Assembly: GCA_051294905.1 (NCBI GenBank)
Contig: CM119386.1
Coordinates: forward strand, 4,960,001-5,024,000
DNA length: 64,000 nucleotides
Direction of reading: 5' to 3'
DNA from: Botryllus schlosseri
Lineage: Eukaryota
The translations under genes were made by a program, and so were the position numbers. Shown here piece by piece: positions 12,826 through 24,600 of the stretch. Numbering within the stretch: the first letter of the stretch is position 1; every line of letters begins with the position of its first letter. The notes beneath the pieces are model-generated. The model did not search any database, had not been told where the DNA came from, and saw nothing but the letters and a program-made list of their open reading frames with translations.

Positions 12826-14157
12826 TGTGTTAAATACTGTAACTAAAGCTATAGTCTGAAAGACAAACTATTCATGAAAAATAAATAAAAAGCCCAACAC
12901 ACCAAGAAGCGGAAATGATCCTTAGGGCCTAGAACACGGAAAACCTAGATTTCAAAAGCTATTACCTATATAGCAGAAACGTTGGAATTTCCAAATTGAC
13001 AATTACACATATGGCAATGGGCTGAATGGCATTTCCCCCCAACTTAAGGTAACAGAAAAACAATTCTCAAGTGCAGAAACCATATGGAAACATAGAAACT
13101 CATCAACAGTATTATTCCACTTTCCCGTCTTTTAAAGCCACACCATCTCTAACGCATAGTATACTAACTGTAGTAATCTAAATTGACGCGAAATTGATAA
13201 GCTAAAAAGCTATGCAAAGACTAATCTTCTGTAGATCAGTCTAATTGGAGTTTAAGCCTTATGATTTTTCATTGCATAACTCAGCGCTCAGTCCAGTTTT
13301 GAGGCACTGGGTTATTCTTGTATAGCACGCCAAATAATGCAAGTACTAAGCTTCGCCCAGTCATTTCCTTCCACTACACTGCAGTTCTTTTTGCGATTGG
13401 ATAAAAACGATTATAGAGACCAAGCGTTCCTACCGACCTTTACCGAAACACGCCGTCCTTGCCTTGCCTGCACGCACAGCTGATTTTCTCAATCCAAATG
13501 CTTGGATCCGTACGCCCACTAGTGCATATGGAATCATGAACCATGTTTGCATGGATAGCGCTAGAGATATGGCATCAGTTCCGTTTAATTCGTAATTTGA
13601 AGACCCGACAATATGATGACGAAATGGCAGGTTAAGAATGAGTCAAAACGAATGAGAGTAGAGTCGTTTAATCTAAATCCACCCGTATTGCCCTAGGTTA
13701 TTTTAACATGTAAATACAAGCTATGCATGGCCTGGACACATCGCACAGTACACACTACACAGATAGGGTTACCTATGTCTATGAGGATTTGTCCTCATTT
13801 TTCAGGAAATCAAAAATGTCATCCAAGGACGCCATAATGTCCTCTTTATAGATTGGAAACGCACAGCTCACAAAACCCCATATAAAACGCGAAATCTGGA
13901 ATATGGACGCTTGAGTGGGTCTATTGGGAGAAGGGTCGGAAATATTACTTTTTTGCAAATCAACACCACAGCAGCTTATTATAAAGTCGAGTCGAAAAAT
14001 GACCATTTTTCTAGTCAACACTGCAGGATTGCCGGCACAAATTTTAGAATCAGCTTTTTTCTGGTCGGGTAATCTAACTTTTGTGATTTGTAAAATTAAT
14101 TAAGTGTCCTCCTTTCCAGCGCCCAAAATATGGTAGAGTAGGTAGACTAACCCTAGC

Positions 14158-14197
14158 CAGGGATATCTAGAACTCTAGAACTTTCTAGAAATCCCTG
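14158..14197. mobile_element. 40-bp micro-MITE
   Basis: CAGGGATAT...AAATCCCTG inverted termini flanked by the perfect 8-bp direct repeat ACCCTAGC. Confidence 0.65.
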
Positions 14198-14569
14198 ACC
14201 CTAGCACTGAGAGTAACATAAAAATGGGCAAGCAATGAAAAGGCATGTGTCGGTGCGACGTAATGCGAAATCGATGTAAAAGACGTTATCCCATTACGCG
14301 AAATGCCGGCCGGAATCGATTTAGTAAAAGCCACATGAAATTTGTCTAGAAGATCGATCTAGCCAGCTAAATACCAATCTCGGTGTGTAATAGTTCATCG
14401 ATTGACCATTCCAAATCGTTTCGACTCTTTCCCATTTTTTCATTGTATCGTGGGATAATCTAGTGGTGTTTCGAATCGATAATAATACCATTAATAAACT
14501 AATAAACGTTTCTCAATATGTGGGCAGCTGATTCGTATTTCGAAGACGAGGATGTCTTATACTCATAAG

Positions 14570-14718
14570 CACTATTCCCTGTAATTTTCACTTGTCTGCG
14601 CGCACTCACTAGCTCACTGCGCGGCTCCTTGGACAACAGTGCGTAAGGACTAAAAAAGGTCATCACTTCAGTTTTCTTGTGCGCGGCACACGTTTTTCGC
14701 AGCTTACAGGGAACAGTG
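14570..14718. mobile_element. hAT-type MITE, 149 bp, same family as 3805-3962
   Basis: TIRs CACTATTCCCTGTAA / TTACAGGGAACAGTG; perfect 8-bp TSD CTCATAAG; shares the internal GTCTGCGCGCACTCA...GGACAACAGTGCGTAA..CTAAAAAAAGGTCAT. Confidence 0.88.
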
Positions 14719-14796
14719 CTCATAAGCGGCTATTGTATGACGATTTCTCTTCAACGCGGTCCCACTGTAGCTTGCTCATAGCAATAAAGCCTCTAG

Positions 14797-14941
14797 CCTA
14801 CAATGTTCTGTTCAGTTCTCTACTAGTTGCTGATGATTACCCCTGACGAGTGTCAGCCGAAAATATTCGGGTTCATTTCAATATGAATATATACTAATCA
14901 ATTGTATAGGCCTGTTGAAGTTCTGCACCTCCAAGAAGTTC
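14797..14941 (+). mobile_element. Penelope-like element 3'-end fragment (~150-bp dispersed repeat)
   Basis: High identity to copies at 43630-43790, 44310-44410 and 62995-63300; homologous to the sequence just downstream of the GIY-YIG ORF at 57120-57225. Confidence 0.75.
14829..14872 (+). ncRNA. Minimal type I hammerhead ribozyme (intact core)
   Basis: ACCC-CTGACGA-G-TGTCAGC-C-GAAA-ATAT-TC^GGGT: stem I ACCC/GGGT, CUGANGA and GAAA core, 1-bp stem II, 1-bp stem III capped by a palindromic tetraloop, UC cleavage site. Confidence 0.75.
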
Positions 14942-15675
14942 TTTAAATAAAGCCTCTTCTCGACAAAACTAGAAACATAGGGAGCGTGCATTTTCATCAC
15001 TACCAATACATAAGTACCACGGCAGTTTTTCCCATTACCACAGGTAGTCCTGCTCGGGGTAGATTTTGCCTACATTCTCAAGTTAATATTTTTAGACTAC
15101 TTCTACTCAGTTTTCTAAGCAAAACTAGGCGTTACTTATACTTCATCGACGCTGACAACTTTGACCACCTCTAGTTATTGCGTAGGGTCTGCAAATCACC
15201 GAAACACTGTTGCTGCTTCCCAACCTCTGCGGCTATTGAAGAAATCACACTCAGAACCTCGTACTGCCAATACATGTCTAATCTACACCTGCCAATAACT
15301 CCACTGACACCCAACCACGACCGCCACGTTTGCAATTAATGCATCGGGATCATGTTTTCAACCTTGATTTACCGTAAAATGAGGTGCACAGAGTACGTCA
15401 CAACAACAACAACAACCAGTAATAATCCTAAAATGAGTAATTCTACGTAAGCAATTTGAAGATCTACAGGGCAACATCAAAACACATCAAGTCATTTCAT
15501 AAAGCAGCGTACAGCGTCCAATATGAAGTAATAGGTACAGTCACGAAGCGATGAGCATGCATGCACGGTGCGCTAACACACAATTCTTGATGTCAGATAG
15601 AGGCTTCTCTATGCGGCCCGGTAGAGATTTCATGATTGTCTTCTGCTTTTCATACAAAACGATTCCGTAAGCTCG

Positions 15676-18600
15676 TTACGACACGTCGGAGACGTCCTTC
15701 GCCACAACGCGCCGTACTACTTCAACATTATCACCGTCATTCACAGCCACCATTACCTCCGGAATTTCAACCTGCATAAAATTTAATAAGGGATAAAAAA
15801 GTGTCTTATAAAGTGTGTCGCCGACTTTTATATCTCAGTCACTTTTAAACTACTATCAAAACTGCAAGCTGAGTGAGTAGTGCGTATCCGAGGCAGGCGG
15901 GGAATGCATGATGGTAAAACGAATCACAGCAATAACGTCCCGTAGACATAACGATTTTATCCACAAAAATGAATCACACCACATCGACTTTTAGGTGGAA
16001 GGTAATGTTACGTTACATGAAATTGTGAGAATTCACAAACCATGGAGTCTAGCTTATAAAAATTAATGAATGTTTTTCGTAAATTGCTTTCTATACTATA
16101 TTCCAGGCTGTCACAATAATTCCTTTGTCCGAAATTTGGGGAGGGATTTCAGCTGGAAGGCTGGTGCAGGGAGAAGCCTGCCTCTTCAAGGGATGCTACA
16201 AAATTACAATGCTTGACTAAGTTTCCAGATGCCTCAAATCTAAGCACAGGGTATAATAAATGTGCACTTGTGTGACTTGTTTTATGTTGCGAGATGTACG
16301 GCATCTTGACGCCTGCCCAATCAGAATTGCTGATGGATATGATCTGCTTACTAATATGAGGGCTGCCTAGCAGTTCCAACAAGCGGTCTTCGATATTGGC
16401 ATTAGATCAAAGGCCATGCATCTTGATATTGGTTGTGAATGGGTCAAACCATGATTTGTGCAGCAATGATCTTGTGTGAATTGCATACGTCGCAGTCAAT
16501 TCTTTCTTTTATGCACGGAAAATGGTCAAAAGTGTAGATGAAAATGCGCACACACGATGGTGAATTTTGACATTCAAAATCCACCTACTTTATGTGGGTC
16601 GTCAACTTCAATTACGTAGGATCTGGTAATTCTGGTCACATACATTTCTGGTGCCGCTACACAATTGTCAAGTGGTCCATTCTTCAAACACAGAAATTTG
16701 TTGAAGAAATTTATGGTGCCAACAGAACGAATGCATGAATTCGTACAGGACGTCAATGCCATTGATAATTGTTCCAGTGGTATACAAATCTAAAACAGGC
16801 CGAACAAGAAAATTAAAAACTTCATTTACCTCGGTGCTATTTGTTTGTTCATGATAGTCGCCTCCTGAAAAATGAAAAAAGAAGATCGTAAACATGGCGG
16901 GCTGGTAACGCAGTTGGACATTACAGTCTTACAGAAAGTACGTCAATTGTAAACTTATATGAAGCAGTATAAAAATTTCTGCCCTACCATAGTTGAGAGA
17001 TCAAATGACATTTAACTTTCATTACGTGGATAGGTGAAATTTTACAAGCGGCAACGTGCCATAACAGATTCATCATGACGTTTTTGATGTCATAATGTTC
17101 AAGTATATTGTCCCTTGGGCCTGCCATGGATCACATGACAGGTGATAATGTCAAAACGAATGTCAGATACACAGATGCTCAGTATAGTCATTTCTCCGTA
17201 CACAGAGACGCTAAAAACAGTCTGTGCATACAGACAGTTTCGCATCCCAGAAGACGGTTTTAGTCTCGGGCCATAATAGAATTCTACTCCGGGCATTCAG
17301 CTTTCCGAACAACCCTGACAGCGAAGAGAAGACCGCTACTTGATACCAGATGTCATCTTCAAACCAAGTCACTTGCCGTACCGTTTGATTCCGCACGCTT
17401 CGCGAGATTTCGCATCACTTCCTCTTCCAGTTCCTTGTCATAGGTGGAGTTGCTATTTTGTCTAAATGTGAATTGAGATATGTGTCACAATGTCAGACAA
17501 AGCAAAGCAGAACGTAGAATCCATCTATCCGAAGAATACCTCAACAGTGATCTAGTATGGATCTAGAGGTACCAGTAACGGAGTACCTTTGCGCCACTTA
17601 CTCAAACAGTTTTGAAGCAAAACTACTTCGTTTTCGCACTTCGAATTTTGTGTAAGTACAAAGTTTTTAGATAGGTACACATCTCTCTCATATGAAAATT
17701 GCCACAACAGCACCCGCGTCACAGCAATTCAATACATACTTTGGACAATTGCACGTAATTTCATTGACATCATTCGCAGAAACGGATCTTGCAATTTGGC
17801 CTTAATCTACTTTATAAAACTATTTGTGTATTTCTAAGGGTTAGTCATACTCGTACAACTAGATGACTCTGGTTCTATAATGAGACTTATTAGAGTGAAA
17901 TGATTCTTTGCTCTAAGTCTAATCTAAGCGGCGAATTGTCTCCATGCTCTAATTTCAATTCAAATATCTGGGTTTCTTGTAAATGCTGCAGACCTGTATA
18001 GTGCGAAACGCGCCAAGCTTGTCCTGCAGACATTTGCTATTCCCAATCTCATGACAATAAACTATGATTTGATATGAACTGAAAAATCTGTGCAGCTATA
18101 ATTCTAATTCTAGGATGATTTGGAAACAACTGTGTAGCTGGAATTCTAATTCTAATTTTTTAAGTCTTCTGGTGTCGCATTCTCAAATCTCGACACCTGC
18201 ATTTCTACGTGAAGTTGCTACTTCCAAGTGAGAAAAAGATTAAAGCAATACTTTCTACTTGAGATCAGTAACACTGAATACTTTCGCCCTGGGACTGAGT
18301 AGAATTGCAATGGCTACATCCGTCGGAAGCAAAAAGGAAGACACAAGCAAAGCTCACCTATCGTTGTCTTGGGAAGTGCTGTGGCGCGGAGTGGGCGCGC
18401 CGTTGGAAAGGCCTAAAAACACAGCCGCATGAAATCTACGTCTACAATAACACACACGAACGGAATACCGTCTTCGGGATAAACAAAGTGAGGTTTGTTG
18501 GGGTCGTCCTCGTCGTCACGTTCGCCAGAGTAGAGCGGAAGCGGTTCCTTGTCGAAGCTGATTGTTTCCTGCAATATCGATGGAAGAAACAGTGAGATGG

Positions 18601-21600
18601 TGATTTACTAGCTTTCCACAGCTCATGTTCTACGCCGGTGAAATTGCTCTGTCCACACTATTTGAGGTACACGATTTCATGAGGACAGATACAATTCGTC
18701 ATCATTGGTACCAATGTAGCAGTTCCCAAGTAAAAAGATTTCCAAGTAACTATTCTAGGCCTACTTCAGTTTTGAGAACTGGATGCACTTTGGAAGTCAG
18801 AACAACTTGAGTCAGTAATGCAAGCAGGCAAAACCTATCAGACTACTACAAGAATTACTTGTTACAATATTGAATTTTGTCTACGGCCAGTTCTTTCCGA
18901 TCCCCTTAGCGAGCAATTGAACCTCTCTCAATAGTCTAATGTCATTAGATCGTATCTCACCATGGCTCCCGACGCGAACGGGTAAGGGGTGCTGACATGA
19001 TACGGCGTGCCCCGTGGCGTGCCCAGGTCGTCTGCCAAGTCGTTGAACGCTGTAATTTAAAGATAAGAATATTTTCTACTCTTTCCCACCAACAGACCGT
19101 ATACTACTATACTAGCCTGATTCGTCGTGTCTGTAAGGAGACGGCTGGTTTCCAGGACCGGTACGGATATGCCTCGCCAGGTCCTGCCGCTTGATTTTTT
19201 CCAGCGCATCTTTTAGAATCATTTCTGTCGGAGAGGTTCAAGTTATTTTCGTGAAACGCAATAAAAAAACGCTATTATTACACCACGAAAATGCACGAAG
19301 TAACCTCACTTTGGTTCAACGGGCAAGGCAAGAATTGATAGTATGAAATAAGAAATGAAGATTAAGGAGTCTTACGTCACAGAACAAGACAAATCACAAT
19401 ATTTGCTCGAAAAGGAAAGATAAATTTGAAGGTGGAATTTCATTAGCAAACACATATCCGTGTCTAATTGATTGCAGTCAAGCATAAAACAAGGCGTTAG
19501 CAGTGAAGACACAACTTTTAAACGCAAGTACACAGATTGGAAGTACAAGTCCTGTTGGTGATTTAACAATAGCGAAAATGGGTTAGTTGTCATGACAATT
19601 TCAGTCATAAACGTGATGAAAACATATCCCGAAACTGATTGATATTTTATACAAAATTAGTCGGAATCACGAGTAGTAGAAATCTCACCGCATTCGTATT
19701 TTTGTCGATTCTTCTCGTACCAAAGCGTCAGCAGGCAGAAGCCCTTTTCACCGTTATCGCCGCCGCACTCTTTCTGAATGTTCCACACGGAGCTCTCGCT
19801 GATGTCCAAATTCCTGGCCAGCTCCATCCATTGCAGGCCCAGCTCAGACGCTATGGCGTGGAACGACGCTTCCAGATTACCTGTAAATGGATGTTGCTGC
19901 TTGATGCTTTGCTCTTCCAGATATTATCATTGCTATTAGCTGTCAAATTTGAATATCACGGATAAAACACTAGCTAAGTCAACTTGATATGGTCCCTACT
20001 TAACACCCATGTACCTGGCCTCCAAGACAAAATGCTTAACGTAGCGATATATCAGCTTACCACGTGTTGCATATTAACCCACATTATGGTTATTTCACAT
20101 TACCAGTGCAATGCACAAACTCTGTGGAATTCTCTTGTTACAGACTACATAAACTCATTGTTTTTTTCGTTCCAGAGACTAATTTTAACACAAACCTGCA
20201 TATATCTCTATTGAGTGAATCTGTGGAATTAAAAATTCACACACCTCAGGGTAGCAGGACTAAATAATAAGCTAAATATTGGTACAGCTCAACTTAAATA
20301 TTTGATTGACTACTTTACAGTTTCAGTTTTATATTTCTTGCATTAGATATAAAGCATCACAATATATGCGCTTGTGAAGTCTCGAGTTACAGCTATACAC
20401 TGTAGCGTCAGTTTGGTGGTGACATCTTTCGACAGCATGGACCAGGTATAGGCCTACGAGTGAAACAGTATGAGATGATCGTACGTTGTACAAGGCGCAA
20501 GCACGGTGTGTAAATTCACCAACTGTACTGCCACAAAGGCTGCCCTGGTCTCAAGGACATTGTATAGCAATGATGCTGATTGACATCAAAACGCATCAAC
20601 CCACACCGATGACATGCAATCCATAAAATTCGCACATAACGGCAAAAGATACGAGGATACAGAAGCAACATATACATGAAATTATGCGAACGACAAATCG
20701 CGAAAAAACAACGTACCATGTTACCCACAAGTAACATGGTCGACATTACCCTGCGAATACGCCATACAAGCACAACGATTTCAGCACAACGTCCAACAGT
20801 TCTACTAACTCTGGCACCGAGCAGCGTCAGAAGTTCCAGAGTATTCCCGCCTGACCGATGACACATCAATTACAGAGCTCGAAGCAGACTCTGCAGTTTC
20901 GGAAACATTGCTGATTTCTTCACAAACATCCGTCTGTGACGAAACAACTGTGCGATGCGCCGTTTCAGAATGTAACGCGCGGCTTTGGCAAAACGCGGCC
21001 CATTGATGATCCTGAACAGTTTGGAGTGAGCCGGAAGTCCGTGAAATGTCACGCACAGAAGTTTCGTAGGCGACTTGATTGTCCCACCACTGCGTCATCG
21101 GTATGACGGGATTATAATCGCATGGTTCCGGCGTAGACTCAAATTGTGAAGATGTAACCAATTCTTTCCGCATTTCCAAGGTCTCTCTCTCAGAGCTGAC
21201 AACACGAGTCATATCGTGCCTTGTATACGAGGCATGACACTCTGCTTCAAGAGATAGTTCTCCAAACTGAACATTAGGCATATCTATATCTTCAACGTGT
21301 CCTGACACATCAGTCTGTGTAACTGTACGTAGAGTACTGTGGCTTCGTGAAGACGATTCAGAAGAATTAACCGATTGTACATAATGTTCGTTCGAATCTC
21401 TGCGACTAATCGCCAATCCGTCGGACACAACGCAATCCGTAACCGCACCAGACCACACAAAGCTCGTCACTTCGCTCCCGACATTTGTTACCGGTATTCC
21501 AGTAGAATAGTTAGCAAGCTTGGACTTGTATTCGGCCTCTTGTAAACCATAGTGATCGTAGCGCGAATCTTGTGATGCGTAGTACTGGTGGATGTCGCCG

Positions 21601-24600
21601 GCAAACGGAATGGTACGTGAAATGGGCTGGGTAACATTATCTGTAAAGGGAATCGTTTCCATACTTGTAGAGCGTATTCCGGATGCTTGGTCGCTGCCTA
21701 TGCATTCCGCATCTGTATTAAACATATTACTGCTGGCGGGCTGTGGAGAAGTACACAGGTCTGTTGCGAAATTGATTAGATTGCGGGATGTTTCCTTTTG
21801 ACTTTCAGAAGACAGGCTATCAGTTTGACTCGCAAACGTCGCCAGTGCCAAATTGGTAATTGCTCTTTCCTGAGGACCGTGTGAGCCATGATTTTGCATC
21901 TCGTCGCCATCATTTTCAGATATGGTCCATGACACAGACGCTGATTCGCGTGTCTCGCTGTAGAAATGGCTTTGTGTATTGTCCGTATCACGAAATTCAT
22001 GAAATTGTGATTTCACATCGTCTTTTACATCTTCAAGATTGGACAGTTTTAATCCACCACTTGCTAAACCTGTTACCGATGTCAATGCAGAATACAAAGT
22101 TGCGTCCTTTTGTGGCAGAAAATCAGTAACGACGGACCCAGTCATCGATTCATTCGCTAAATCAATGTCCCGAGAAGCAGCAGTGTCTATAACATCTCGG
22201 CACGGACTATTTCCTGCATATACGTCGTCGTATTTGTTTGAAAACAACACAGATTCCACAGCTGTTGATTCCGTGCTGTGTTGATTACCCAGAGTTACAT
22301 CTGAACTGTATTCCTGGGTAAGTTCATCATAATTTTTGTCGCGGCAATCCGATAACAGAGGAGCCGAAGGTATGACACCAGCGTTGGATCGCGGACTGAC
22401 ACAAAAATCAGTCTCTCGGTCTGAAGCTAATCCATAAAAGTCAAGCTCATTCACAGCACCTGTGCCTTTACGAAGACACAAAACATCGACGTTACCATCA
22501 CCCGCAATATCTTTGTGTAAAATAAAATCGGAATGAGCCAGCACACGTAAATCTGAGCGGATATTTTGCGTGGCGAGTGAAGGATCCCATTTTTCATTCG
22601 TTGCAGTGTGCGCCATGGAGACGTTGACATGGATATCCGCTGTTTCGGGACAGCTGTAAACAGCACCAGATAAATCTCGAAGATTGGCTTCCTCCTGGCA
22701 CGCGTCATCATTGCATTCCTCAATAGAATTGACCTCATCGTTACAATCTGCATTTTTATTAGAAATACCCGACAAGCTTCCCGCAACGGGGGATTCTGAT
22801 GCTACATTTTCATCATCGGGATAAATGTGCTCGTTTTCCTGATCTCGATCATCAATCGGATGAAATTCCCCGCATTCAGAAGAAGACGAGCTAGTTGAAG
22901 TGTCAGATTCGGCGAAATTATCTGTCCGTTCATTGGTTTTATGCGCGTCGTAACCCGCACCATCGACAGCACAGATTGTATCACCCTCCAACGAGTCTAG
23001 CGACACGTTCGATTGATAAGCTTGCGATTGGAACAAATTATCAAAGCGTTCGCGATTCTCAACGTCCTGGGCAATATCTTGCTCACTCTGCACGCATGCA
23101 TCACTTTCTGAATTTTCCGCTTCCGACGCGTTAGCATCGTCATCGATCGCTGTACTGTCGCGGGCTTGACAGGATCCGTCTGTCGACGTGACTACGACGG
23201 TGGGAATAGCGGTATACGCAGCCGCAGTGTCTGAAACCCGTTGACATTCAGAGGGCTTCGATGTTTCAGATGGTGTTCCATCTGTGCCTTGTTCAATATT
23301 AGACTCGGAAGTCAGCTCGTAAGATTCCCTCCTGTATTGTGCAGTGCTCCATAACTTATCGTACACGTCGTCTAAATCGACGTCTGCCTTTGTGTTAGCA
23401 TCTGACCGGGCTGTGGCAGTTGAAATGGACGAATCGACAGCGATGGAGTTGCTTATTCTGTCATCATCATGAGAGGTTTCACCCTGGTGTATTTCATTTG
23501 AGCTTTTTTCGGACCCCGGGTTCCACTGGTCTGAAATACCAGCGCAGTCGGTAGACGACACAATTCCAATCTCAGTTTTCAAATCAGATTTGTGATCTGT
23601 ACTACCATCTGTTTGCACTAACGCAGGGTATTCTGCGATACCTTGATTTGTCGTAGCTACGGAAGTATTGGATTCCGATGATTGTGTGTCAGGAGAATGT
23701 AACATGTGCGAGAACGCAGCTTGTTCTTGCGACACAGGAGAAACTGACTGTAGCGACAGCACAGAGGCGACACACTCGGAATCGGAATCAGAATGATCGC
23801 TTTTGTCTGTATTTTCATCCGACGAATAGTGGCTACTGTCTGGTCTGACTTTTGGGGCGATTGAATTTCCGTCGGAAGGATGCGAATCACGCAAAGACGT
23901 CGAAAAGAGATCGTTCCTAGTATTGTAGGTGTCCGTGTCGTACACACGTGTGGCGGTTTGAGACAGCAACCCGTAGTGTACCAGTGGCGTTACATTATCA
24001 ACACTATATCGTTCTTCAAAACATTTTTGTTCGCTTGATATTACAGTTGTGACATGCTCAACGTGGGCAATATTTTCAGTCAATTTGTCATGAGCAAAAT
24101 CGTCTTTGCACGGTTCCGCGCATTCTTGTACATTACAGACTGCGGTTAGCGGTACAGGCGTTTCCTTGATGTCAATCAGAGCATCTTGGGCGGCGTTGTG
24201 ACCCGTGTTCTCGGTGGTGCCTCCAACATCATTTACGCTGTGTTCAGGCGGCACGTCATCAAATTCTTCGAGTTTGAAATCTGTTTGTATGTCGCGATCT
24301 TTATTTTTGGAACCACTATCATCAGACGTAACACTGTCGGTATCATCATTCGGGATGATTTGCGTTGAATCTGATTCTTGCACACTGATGTGAGGTGATA
24401 AGGTTCCATCAACAAATTCATGATTTCCTCCAGCATTGACTTCACGATTCCTGTATATACTCGACATGGTTGCGAGCGATTCACCAGGCGGCAAAAAACT
24501 ACCACCACTGTAAGGAGTCGGGTGTACATCAGTCCACACGATGCACATATCTTCATGCGCGCCAGCACCTTTTTCGAGTTGCCCTGGATATTCTTCTTCG

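Noticed and set aside
20380-20580. Small exons between the giant exon and the death domain
   Set aside because: The candidate AG/GT pairs do not give a phase-1 to phase-1 path and encode nothing recognisable.
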